A stretch of DNA of 64,000 nt. Origin: Patescibacteria group bacterium. Its GTDB lineage: Bacteria > Patescibacteriota > Minisyncoccia > Portnoybacterales > UBA2143. Shown in pieces: positions 55,656-64,000 of this stretch. Position 1 is the first letter of the stretch, and each line of letters begins with the position of its first letter. Position numbers and translations under genes: made by a program. The notes beneath the pieces are model-generated. The model was not told the origin of the DNA. It saw only the letters and a program-made list of their open reading frames with translations, and ran no database searches. The DNA lies in contig JAHJSM010000001.1 of assembly GCA_018830295.1 (NCBI GenBank), positions 193,980-257,979 on the forward strand, in the 5' to 3' direction.

Positions 55656-56900
55656 TTAAGGGAGAAAATCGCGCATCCAGCCCTTGAGCTTTCCGACTGT
55701 CCCACCAATGGAAATTCCCGGAGACGAAAGCCCCCATCCTCCGTTTTTGGCGCGCTTATCTATGCTCCAAAGCACTAAACCAACAGCCGTCGCGAAAGCG
55801 GGGTCGTCCACTTCGTCAACAACGCCTTCCATTTCCGAAGGAAAACCAATTTGCGCCGGCAATTTCAATTCATCTTTCGCCAAATCAACCAAACTCGGCA
55901 TTTTAGCCCCGCCCCCCACAAAAACAATGCCTGCCGGCAAAAGCCCTTGTCGGTCAATAATTTTCAATTCCTTGTTGGCTAACTCCAAAATTTCGCTCAT
56001 TCGCGCCTCAATAATTTTAACCACTTCTATGCGCGGAATTATTCCTTTTTCTTCTAGCCCCAATTTGGACAAATCAATGTTGTCCTTTTTGCTAATTTCA
56101 GCCGACAAGGCCGAGCCATATTCCAATTTAACCTTTTCCGCCAAATCAATACTTCCTCTTAAACCGATCGCGATGTCATTGGTAATATGAGCCGAACCAA
56201 CAGGCAAAACGCAACTATGAATAATGTTGCCCTCTTCAAAAACCGTCATGCCCGCCGTTCCTCCGCCCAAGTCCAAAGATAAAACGCCCAATTCTTTCTG
56301 TCTTTTATTTAACGCGGCGCGACTGGCGGCCAAAGGAGCCAAAACCATCTCTTCTATTTCCAGCCCCGCCTCCGTTACGCACTTCGTTAAGTTTTTCATA
56401 AAGGGAATCGCCCCTTCAATTAATAACGCGTCCACATCTAACCGCACGCCTGTCATTCCAGTTGGGTCGCTGATGCCGCACTGATTGTCAACCGAAAAAC
56501 AGCGCGGAATAACATGAAGAATTTCTCTGTTCTGCGCGATGGAAATAGTTGAAGCGGCGTTAACCGCCCGATTAACATCTTCTCTTGAAACCTCTTTGTC
56601 AGCCCTGGAAACAGCCACCACGCCCTTGTTTGTTTTAGAAATAATATGATTGCCGCTTACTCCAACCGTCACCCGTTCAATGGAAATACCACTGCTCCGT
56701 TCGGCGTTTTGAACGGCCTCGCTAATATTTTTGACCGTCTCTTCAATATCAACCACCACGCCTTTTCGCAAACCAAAAGACGGCGCCTGGCCAACGCCAA
56801 TAATTTGCGGTTTCGCCTGCCCAGCCCCCGCCTTAGCCACAATCACGCGAATAAAGCAAGTCCCAACATCCAAACCAACGATAATAGTATCTTTAGTCAT
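55656..56900 (-). CDS. ftsA: Cell division protein FtsA
   Basis: GLDVGT, GLRKGVVVD, DLGGGT, ATAVGL, terminal amphipathic helix. Confidence 0.95.
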   Translation of the reverse strand: MTKDTIIVGLDVGTCFIRVIVAKAGAGQAKPQIIGVGQAPSFGLRKGVVVDIEETVKNISEAVQNAERSSGISIERVTVGVSGNHIISKTNKGVVAVSRADKEVSREDVNRAVNAASTISIAQNREILHVIPRCFSVDNQCGISDPTGMTGVRLDVDALLIEGAIPFMKNLTKCVTEAGLEIEEMVLAPLAASRAALNKRQKELGVLSLDLGGGTAGMTVFEEGNIIHSCVLPVGSAHITNDIAIGLRGSIDLAEKVKLEYGSALSAEISKKDNIDLSKLGLEEKGIIPRIEVVKIIEARMSEILELANKELKIIDRQGLLPAGIVFVGGGAKMPSLVDLAKDELKLPAQIGFPSEMEGVVDEVDDPAFATAVGLVLWSIDKRAKNGGWGLSSPGISIGGTVGKLKGWMRDFLP

Positions 56901-56903
56901 AAA

Positions 56904-57419
56904 TCAAAAACTAATAACTTTCAATATTTCCCCTTCTATTTTCTCCATTTCTTCCGCTTTTTCTATATCTTTTTCATGCTTATATCCGAGCAAATGAAGT
57001 ATACCATGAATTAACAAAATAGTCAGTTCTTTTTCAAGAGAATGCTCCGCGCGTTTCGCCTGTTTTTTAGCGTAAGGATAGCAAATAATAATCTCGCCCA
57101 ACCGCTTCACTCCGTCTGGCGAATTGGCAAAAAACATATCATCGCCTTTTTTTAATCGCGGAAACGCCTTCGCTAAATAAGGCAAAACCGATTTATTGTC
57201 AAAAGACAAAACATCAGTCGCCCTATTCTTCCCCCGATACATCTTATTCAACTTCCTTATCCTCCCCTCGCCAACAATAGCCAAACTTATTTCCACCTCC
57301 TCCTTCAGCAAACCAGATAAGCCCTTTTTCTTCGCCATGAATTCCAGCGCTCTTGCCGCTATTTTTGCTAAAAAATTCTCGTCTATTTCATTTTGAGTAA
57401 AGTTATGTATTTCAAGCAT
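56904..57419 (-). CDS. ybeY: rRNA maturation RNase YbeY
   Basis: LNKMYR..TDVLSF, HGILHLLGYKH. Confidence 0.93.
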   Translation of the reverse strand: MLEIHNFTQNEIDENFLAKIAARALEFMAKKKGLSGLLKEEVEISLAIVGEGRIRKLNKMYRGKNRATDVLSFDNKSVLPYLAKAFPRLKKGDDMFFANSPDGVKRLGEIIICYPYAKKQAKRAEHSLEKELTILLIHGILHLLGYKHEKDIEKAEEMEKIEGEILKVISF

Positions 57420-57867
57420 TTAACTCCTCCTCAACAATTCCCTTAACAACCGCGCCGTCGGCTTTGTTTTTCAGGTCAGCCATAAGCGCGCCCATCACCT
57501 TCCCTGTGTCTTGCGCTCCACTGGCGCCTAATTGAGAAATTTTTTCTTTGACTATTTTTCTAACCTCCTCCTCGCCCATCTGTTCTGGTAAATACGCGGA
57601 CAAAATTTCCAATTCCTCTTTTTCTTTGTCCGCCAAATCCATCCGCCCGCCTTTCGTGTATTGCTCAATTGAGTCCTTCCGTTTTTTAACTTCGCTTGAA
57701 ATAATTCCCATCACCCCTTCGTCCGCCAACTCTTCCTCGCTGGCCCCCTTCTCCTTTTCCTTGTTCAAAACAGCCGCCATAACCATACGCAAAACAGAGA
57801 CCCGTAAAGCGTCTTTCCCAATCATCGCTTTCTTAATCTCTAACTTAATCTTTTCTTTTAGAGACAT
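57412..57867 (-). CDS. GatB/YqeY domain protein
   Basis: KKRKDSIEQY, YLPEQM, GKVMG. Confidence 0.9.
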   Translation of the reverse strand: MSLKEKIKLEIKKAMIGKDALRVSVLRMVMAAVLNKEKEKGASEEELADEGVMGIISSEVKKRKDSIEQYTKGGRMDLADKEKEELEILSAYLPEQMGEEEVRKIVKEKISQLGASGAQDTGKVMGALMADLKNKADGAVVKGIVEEELNA

Positions 57868-57868
57868 A

Positions 57869-58102
57869 TTAATATCGCGTTTCCTCTTCTAAGAGCCCCA
57901 TCTTCCTTAATTTTTCTTTTTCCTTGCCGATTTTAGTCCTTCTTAAAGCGCTTGCTCTTCGTTCGCTCTTGCCCTTCTCTTTTTCAAGAAATCTTGCCTT
58001 GCGGGCGCGAATCAAAACACCGCTTTGCTGGATTCTCCGAGAAAAGCGTCTTAATAAACTGCGAGTTGTTTCCCTATCTTTTTTTCTTACTTCGATTCCC
58101 AT
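57869..58102 (-). CDS. rpsU: 30S ribosomal protein S21-like
   Basis: IEVRKK.RE...LLRRFSR..QQSG; basic; upstream of yqeY. Confidence 0.7.
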   Translation of the reverse strand: MGIEVRKKDRETTRSLLRRFSRRIQQSGVLIRARKARFLEKEKGKSERRASALRRTKIGKEKEKLRKMGLLEEETRY

Positions 58103-58137
58103 AAATTCACCTCCTTTTTCAAGATGCTAAATAATGC

Positions 58138-58881
58138 CTAATAATGAATATCTTCCCTTATTTTTGAATTTTTAATTATTTCAAAAGCCTCTTCGGCCGA
58201 ATCAACAACCTGATAAATCTTTCTGTCATCACCATCAATAAATTTGTTTTTTTCGTAAACCACCTTATCAATCCAATCTGTGAAAGGATGCCAATATTCC
58301 TTACCCAAACAAATTATCGGAATATGCTTAGGAATTTTTTCCGTTTGAATTAGAGTTAAAATTTCAAAAAATTCATCCAAAGTTCCAAAACCGCCAGGCG
58401 CGAAAACATAGGCTTGAGCCGAATAGGAAAGCATTACCTTGCGCGTAAAAAAATAATGAAAACCCATCGCTTTCTTGATATAATCATTCATCCTCTGTTG
58501 ATATTTTAATTGAATATTCAAGCCAACCGACTCCCCGCCCGCATCATTCGCGCCGCGATTAGCCGCTTCCATAATTCCCGGACCGCCGCCGCTAAAAACG
58601 GCGAAATTTTCTTTCGCCAGCATTTCCGCCAATTTTCTAACTTCCTTGTAATCAGGGTCGTAAGCAGAAGTGCGGGTTGAACCGAAAAAAGTCACCGACT
58701 TGCCAAAATCGCTCAAAAATTCAAACCCGTCAACAAACTCTGCCATAATTCTAAAAATCCGCCACTGAACCGAGTCCCTAAAATCGGTTCTTTCCTTAAC
58801 ATGCTCTTTCTCCGCCACTCTAGGCAATTTAGCGTCGGGCACCAACAATTTTTTTCTTAAATCTTTAATCATGTTCATCAT
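58138..58881 (-). CDS. LOG family protein (TIGR00730-like)
   Basis: VTFFGS, GGGPGIMEA, PGGFGTLDE. Confidence 0.9.
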   Translation of the reverse strand: MMNMIKDLRKKLLVPDAKLPRVAEKEHVKERTDFRDSVQWRIFRIMAEFVDGFEFLSDFGKSVTFFGSTRTSAYDPDYKEVRKLAEMLAKENFAVFSGGGPGIMEAANRGANDAGGESVGLNIQLKYQQRMNDYIKKAMGFHYFFTRKVMLSYSAQAYVFAPGGFGTLDEFFEILTLIQTEKIPKHIPIICLGKEYWHPFTDWIDKVVYEKNKFIDGDDRKIYQVVDSAEEAFEIIKNSKIREDIHY

Positions 58882-58918
58882 GTTATTAGATTACTATTTT
58901 TATTCAATAATGTCAAAA

Positions 58919-60304
58919 TTAAGTAAGCGAAACTACATCTCCAATCCGCGGGACTTCAACCGCCAGCCCAAAATCGCTTTTAATCTTTTCTGCCAACCCC
59001 AAAGACGAATCCTCTTCACCGTGACAAACAAAGACCTTTTTTGGTTTTTTAGAAGAGTCTGCCTCCGTCATACTGGAAAGCCAATCCATCAACCCCTTTT
59101 GGTCTGCGTGAGACGAATAACCACCCACATATTCAATCCTCGCCCGAATCGCAACATCTTGCCCCATAATTCTAATTGCTTTCGCCCCCTCAAAAATTTT
59201 TCGTCCAAGCGTTCCCTGCGCTTGGTAAGTGACAAACAAAAGCGTGTTTTTGGGGTCTGATAAATAGCGAAGTTCATGATGGATAATTCTGCCCCCCTGC
59301 GACATTCCCGAGCCGGCGATAATAATTTTAGGAGCTGGGGTATTATTAATCGCCCTTGACTCATTAGTTGAGAGAGTAAATTTTAAATCAGGAAATTTAA
59401 ATATTTTATCGCCCGACTCAATCAAAGACAACGCCTCCTTGTCAAAATATTCAGAATGGCGACGATAGATTTCAGTTAATTTAATCGCCAAGGGGCTATC
59501 AACAAAAATGGGAGTCCGAGGAATACGAGAATTTTCAACCAAATCATTAAAATGATAAAGTAGTTGCTGCGTCCGCTCTAAAGCGAAACTGGGAATCATG
59601 AGGACGCCTCCGCGCGCGATTGTCTCTTCAACAACATCCTCAATCGTATTTTTACATTCTCCTCTCGCCTCATGAAGTCGGTCGCCATAAGTTGATTCCA
59701 TAACAACATAATCCGCGTTTTTAATTCTGAAAGGATCTTGAAGAATGGGCGTTCCTGCCGTTCCTAAATCACCCGAAAAAACAATTTTCTTTTCTTTCTC
59801 TTGTCCTTGTTCGCGAACCTTGCACTCAATCACAGCTGAACCCAAGACATGTCCCGCCTCGCGAAAACAAACAGAAACTTCTTCGTTTAATTTAATTTCT
59901 CGGTCATATTCAGCCGCCTCAAACATTTCCATAACCATATCAATCTGCTGAATATCCATTCGCGGAAAAATACCTTTTTGGGCCGCCTTTTTTTGAATAA
60001 TCTTTTGACTATCCTCCAACATTAAACGCGCGAAATCAATCGTTGGTCTCGTCGCTAAAATTCTTCCGTTAAAACCCTCCTTAATCAGTTTGGGCAAACG
60101 CCCCAAATGGTCTAAATGAGCGTGGGTAATTAAAACAAATCCGATCTCCGACGGTTTGTATGGAAACGGCTCGTAATTTTTTTCCTCAATTTCTCGCCGA
60201 CCTTGAAAAAGCCCGCAGTCAATCATAATCTTGCCCAAAGAAGTTTCAAGAATATAATTAGAACCCGTCACCATCCGCGCCCCACCATAAAAATATAGTT
60301 TCAT
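58919..60304 (-). CDS. MBL/beta-CASP RNA-processing hydrolase
   Basis: THAHLDH, AGHVLG, ESTYG, AGSGM, YSSHAD, CHGE. Confidence 0.9.
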   Translation of the reverse strand: MKLYFYGGARMVTGSNYILETSLGKIMIDCGLFQGRREIEEKNYEPFPYKPSEIGFVLITHAHLDHLGRLPKLIKEGFNGRILATRPTIDFARLMLEDSQKIIQKKAAQKGIFPRMDIQQIDMVMEMFEAAEYDREIKLNEEVSVCFREAGHVLGSAVIECKVREQGQEKEKKIVFSGDLGTAGTPILQDPFRIKNADYVVMESTYGDRLHEARGECKNTIEDVVEETIARGGVLMIPSFALERTQQLLYHFNDLVENSRIPRTPIFVDSPLAIKLTEIYRRHSEYFDKEALSLIESGDKIFKFPDLKFTLSTNESRAINNTPAPKIIIAGSGMSQGGRIIHHELRYLSDPKNTLLFVTYQAQGTLGRKIFEGAKAIRIMGQDVAIRARIEYVGGYSSHADQKGLMDWLSSMTEADSSKKPKKVFVCHGEEDSSLGLAEKIKSDFGLAVEVPRIGDVVSLT

Positions 60305-60313
60305 GCGTTCATA

Positions 60314-60709
60314 TTACCAAAAATGCCGTAAAAAGAAAAGCCGCTTCCTAATCTCCAAATAATTCGGCATTGCTCGCGCGACTAAATTCCAAAATTTTGG
60401 CGAGTGGTTAAGTTCTCCTAAATGGCACAATTCGTGAACAATGATATAGTCCGCCATTTCTATCGGAAGCAAAACAATTCTATAATTAAAATTCAAATTG
60501 CCTTTTTCCGAACAACTCCCCCATCTTGTTTTCTGATTTTTAACGCTAATTCTGTTAAAATTAAAATTATAAATCTCATTATAGAGCGCGACGCGCGCAT
60601 AAACAAAATCCAGCGCCCTCTCCTTATTCGCCAAATACACCCTAACCCGCCGAGTCGGCTTTCGGATAGCCGACCTGAAAAATAGATAATCAAATATATT
60701 TATTGACAT
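60314..60709 (-). CDS. YgjP/M48-like metallopeptidase
   Basis: QKTRWGSCS, VHELCHL..NHS..FW; palindrome B variant at 60654-60674 in N-terminal coding region. Confidence 0.85.
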   Translation of the reverse strand: MSINIFDYLFFRSAIRKPTRRVRVYLANKERALDFVYARVALYNEIYNFNFNRISVKNQKTRWGSCSEKGNLNFNYRIVLLPIEMADYIIVHELCHLGELNHSPKFWNLVARAMPNYLEIRKRLFFLRHFW

Positions 60710-60770
60710 ACACCTTTATTAAAGCAAATTTTCGCCAAAAATAAAAGGCGGTTTTTTATCCCGCCTCTTT

Positions 60771-61154
60771 TTAAGAGTTAAATATCCATTTTTTCAAAAG
60801 AATATTTTCAATTTTCTTTCTTGTATTTGGCCTAACATAGAAAGACCCCTTACGTTTTTTCTCTTTGGTCAAAAAAAATATTTTGACAAGCCCTATTGAA
60901 GGAAAATCTGGAAGATCGCGGAAACATTTGCTTCCGTTAGGAATAGTATCCAACAACACTCCATCCATTGAGAAAAGTTCAATACTGCCATCTTCTTTGC
61001 GTCTATAAGAATGCGCCCATTTTTCATAAATTCTCATTTTTTCGAAAAAAAACAAGAGAATTTTAGCAATAAGCAAAACTAAAAGCAAAAAGACAAAAAT
61101 GATTATGACAATCACCGTAATCATTTCAATTCTACTAAAACCAAACATATCCAC
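60771..61154 (-). CDS. Hypothetical membrane-anchored protein
   Basis: N-terminal TM; AAGGGGG SD. Confidence 0.55.
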   Translation of the reverse strand: MDMFGFSRIEMITVIVIIIFVFLLLVLLIAKILLFFFEKMRIYEKWAHSYRRKEDGSIELFSMDGVLLDTIPNGSKCFRDLPDFPSIGLVKIFFLTKEKKRKGSFYVRPNTRKKIENILLKKWIFNS

Positions 61155-61239
61155 CCCCTTTTTGAAAATATTAATTCAATTTTTAAAAAACACGCCTCCC
61201 GTCTTTTATCTCTTTATATAAATCATATCATCTCTACTG

Positions 61240-62376
61240 TCAACCCGCGAAATAAATAATTTCGTAAATCGCGCCTGCGACAAAAAACAAAATTAGAAAA
61301 TAGGCGAAAAAGCGCGGAAGATTAACACTGTACACCGGGATCAAATCGCCTTTTGTTTTCGCTTTGAGATAAATTAAAATAATCAAAAGAACATCAACCC
61401 CCAAAAGAACTCCGCCCGTTAAACTGATAATCGCGATAAAATCATCAAAGCCCAAAAGAAAAAGCGCGAGCGGAACAAAACAAGCCAACGCCCAAGCCAA
61501 GTTTTTCTTTAATTTCAAATCATACCAAAGAATTTTTTTAAGCGTCAATCCTAATGTCAAAAAAGAAGTGAAAACGGTCAGAATGCCGAAAAGCAAAGCC
61601 ATCTCTGCGACGCCATTATTAAGCATCGCTTTCAAACCGGCAATCGCTTCGTTAGAAGTTCCTTGTCCAGTAATGCCCAGAATTAGAAAAATAAAAATAA
61701 GATAAACAATCGCTGAAACCAAAACAGACCAAATAATTACGCTTTTTAATTTTTTTGGGTTATCTTTAAGTATTTCTTTCACTTCTGGAATTAGAGAAGA
61801 ACCAGATAAAGAAAAAAGAACAGCTCCATAAGGTAAAAAAAGATATTTCGGGTCAAAAGCAAACAGGTTTTTTATTTCAATAAAGGAAAAACCGCGATTG
61901 AAAATTAATATCAACACGGCAAAAAGAAAAATAAGCAGAAAAAATTCAACTCGAGCAATGCCTTTAACACCAGAATATATTAAAAGAGCGCCTACCGCGA
62001 AAAAAACAAGAGTATAAGTAAAACTGCTTCCTCCAAAAAACGGACCTGCTAAAGCGCTCAAAAAACTTCCCCCGACAACAATATAAGCCAAAACCGCTCC
62101 GCCCAACCCTAAACCGTTTGAAATCAAGGCGATTTTTTTAGCCGACGCGCCCAAATATTTTTCGGCGTAGCCGGGTAAACGGCGCATATCTTCCGTTCTT
62201 AAGGCGATCTCGCCATAAAGCAGAGCCACTAAGATAACAACCGTTCCCAAAACAAAAAAATAAAGAAGCATCACCCAAATGCCCACCCGAGCGGTAATAA
62301 AAGGCAAACTAAAAAGACCCACTCCAATAATAGTCCCTGTTAAAGTAGAAAACGCCTTAAAAAAATCTTTATTCAT
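61240..62376 (-). CDS. Aromatic amino acid permease family protein
   Basis: GTIIGVGLFSLP, PYG, IPE, TSFL; about 11 TM. Confidence 0.85.
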   Translation of the reverse strand: MNKDFFKAFSTLTGTIIGVGLFSLPFITARVGIWVMLLYFFVLGTVVILVALLYGEIALRTEDMRRLPGYAEKYLGASAKKIALISNGLGLGGAVLAYIVVGGSFLSALAGPFFGGSSFTYTLVFFAVGALLIYSGVKGIARVEFFLLIFLFAVLILIFNRGFSFIEIKNLFAFDPKYLFLPYGAVLFSLSGSSLIPEVKEILKDNPKKLKSVIIWSVLVSAIVYLIFIFLILGITGQGTSNEAIAGLKAMLNNGVAEMALLFGILTVFTSFLTLGLTLKKILWYDLKLKKNLAWALACFVPLALFLLGFDDFIAIISLTGGVLLGVDVLLIILIYLKAKTKGDLIPVYSVNLPRFFAYFLILFFVAGAIYEIIYFAG

Positions 62377-62695
62377 TCCATCCTCCCATTAAGTGCAAAT
62401 GTAAATGGTCAATAATCTGTCCGCCTCCGCGCCCAACATTGAAAGACAAACGATATCCTTTTTCCGCCACTTCTTTTTGACTCGCCAAATCCTTCGCCAA
62501 AAAAATCATCTTGCTTATCATCTCTTTATCCGCCTCTTCTAAATGGTTAATTGAATCAATATGCTTTTTCGGGATAATTAAAAGATGAATCGGCGCTTGA
62601 GGATGAATATCGTTAATAACAATAAATTCCTCGTTTTCGTAAACAAGATCCACCTCTTGTTGATGATGAGCGATTTTACAAAATAAGCATTCCAT
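62369..62695 (-). CDS. HIT family nucleotide hydrolase
   Basis: CLFCKI, HLHLHL. Confidence 0.93.
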   Translation of the reverse strand: MECLFCKIAHHQQEVDLVYENEEFIVINDIHPQAPIHLLIIPKKHIDSINHLEEADKEMISKMIFLAKDLASQKEVAEKGYRLSFNVGRGGGQIIDHLHLHLMGGWNE

Positions 62696-62699
62696 AATC

Positions 62700-64000
62700 T
62701 TACACTAATCGTTTGACCACTAATTTGCTTTTAATCTTCTTCTTAAGAACATTAATAATTTTAGCCATCGGAACAACCTCCTGAATTCCAGAAATCATAT
62801 CGCGGACAATAATTGTTTCGTCAAGCGCTTCCTTCTGCCCTAAAATCAAAGCAAATCGCGAACCCAATTTATTGGCTATTTTCAATTGTGTCGTCATTCT
62901 GTCGCGGTTAAAAGAAGTCGCTGTTTTTATCCCCGCCTTTTGCAATTTTTCAAATAAACTTAATGACTTCTTTTTCCCTAAATCGCCTAACTGAACCAAA
63001 AAAACCGAAGCGCGAGCTTTTGAAGGCGCCTTAATCTTTCTTTCCTTCATTAAGGCAATCATTCTGTCTAAACCAATCGCAAATCCAACCGCCTGCGTTT
63101 CTCTTCCTCCTAAAAGTTTAACCAATCCGTCATACCGCCCGCCGCCCGCCAATGCGATTTGACGACCATCTTTTTCTTCCGGCCATATTTCAAAAACCGT
63201 CTTTGTGTAATAATCTAGTCCCCGAACCAAACGCGAGTTTAAAATATATGGAATTTCTAACTCGTCCAAATATTCCAAAACGCTCTTGAAATGATTATGA
63301 CATTCGCCGCACAAAGAATCAATCACCTGCGGAGCATCCTCGGTTAATTGAGCGCATTTTTCATTTTTACAATCAAGCAATCTTAACGGATTTTGTTTCA
63401 ACCGCCTTTGGCAATCGGAACAAAGTTCGTTTTTTATTTTCCTAAAAAAAACCAAAAGCGCCTTCTTGTAATTTGGTCTGCATTGCGGACAGCCAACGCT
63501 GTTGATTTGCGTCACCAACCTCTTAAGACCCAACTCTCCGCTAATGGAAAAAAACAACTGAATCAATTGCGCGTCAAGAACGGGGTCTTTTTCGCCAATG
63601 GTCTCAAAACTCGCCTGCTCCGATTGCCGATAACGACCTTTTTGAGGTCTTTCATAACGGAAAATAGGACCGACGCTGTATAATTTAACAGGATGAGGCA
63701 ATCTTGAAAGCCCGTTTTCCAAATAAGCCCTAATCACCGACGGCGTAAATTCCGGACGCAAAACCAACTTGTCGCCTCCCTTCGTCCTCAAAGCGAACAT
63801 TTCTTTTTCAACAATATCCGTAAACGCGCCCGTCCCCTTCACAAATAAATCAACATTCTCCAAAATAGGCGTGTCTATTCTCGCGAAATCGTAGGTCTCG
63901 GCAACTTTTCCAATAATTCGCCGAACCTTTTCCCAATATCTCTGGTCATCAGGCAAAATATCGCGCATCCCCCTAACTGCTTGAAATGATTTTTTATTCA
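62700..64000 (-). CDS. hisS: Histidine--tRNA ligase (start codon probably clipped at window edge)
   Basis: RGMRD, LRPEFT, FRYERPQKGR, LVRGLDYY, GGGRYD. Confidence 0.96.
   Translation of the reverse strand, partial: NKKSFQAVRGMRDILPDDQRYWEKVRRIIGKVAETYDFARIDTPILENVDLFVKGTGAFTDIVEKEMFALRTKGGDKLVLRPEFTPSVIRAYLENGLSRLPHPVKLYSVGPIFRYERPQKGRYRQSEQASFETIGEKDPVLDAQLIQLFFSISGELGLKRLVTQINSVGCPQCRPNYKKALLVFFRKIKNELCSDCQRRLKQNPLRLLDCKNEKCAQLTEDAPQVIDSLCGECHNHFKSVLEYLDELEIPYILNSRLVRGLDYYTKTVFEIWPEEKDGRQIALAGGGRYDGLVKLLGGRETQAVGFAIGLDRMIALMKERKIKAPSKARASVFLVQLGDLGKKKSLSLFEKLQKAGIKTATSFNRDRMTTQLKIANKLGSRFALILGQKEALDETIIVRDMISGIQEVVPMAKIINVLKKKIKSKLVVKRLV

Noticed and set aside
988-63683. Many short antisense or overlapping ORFs in the six-frame track
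   Set aside because: Shadows of well-supported genes, with no motifs or translation signals
1-64000. Alternative genetic code (UGA=Gly, as in Gracilibacteria/Absconditabacteria)
   Set aside because: Conserved genes are uninterrupted under code 11 and TGA terminates recG and idi

Overview
64 kb chromosomal segment of an AT-rich, reduced-genome bacterium, most likely Patescibacteria/CPR (Parcubacteria-like). This is inferred from gene content: a type IV pilus cluster, VirB2/TrbC-like pilins next to a solute-binding lipoprotein, a short IF2, a 3-domain S1, a split ComEC and class III RNR. It holds about 65 CDSs (pil cluster, comF, recG, tsaD, valS, gyrA, ftsH, infB, nrdDG, ftsAZ, hisS and others), 18 tRNA genes and a probable 6S RNA. 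Two inteins are present, an HNH type in GyrA and a LAGLIDADG type in NrdD. The most striking unexplained structure is a set of several families of short REP-like palindromes. The main family, GGGG(A/G)C(A/T)G(T/C)CCCC doublets, occurs 14 times, five of them in frame inside protein genes (comF twice, tsaD twice, a membrane protein), and other families cluster at tRNA ends. Other notable signals: an orphan zincin gene bracketed by a duplicated, synonymously diverged 3' end of the neighbouring MFS gene; tRNA-Ile(UAU) together with tRNA-Arg(GCG); start codons fused to tRNA 3' ends; pervasive leaderless promoters; a GIY-YIG relic; and an empty heptamer-repeat inverted element. All calls come from reading the sequence by eye; no searches were run.
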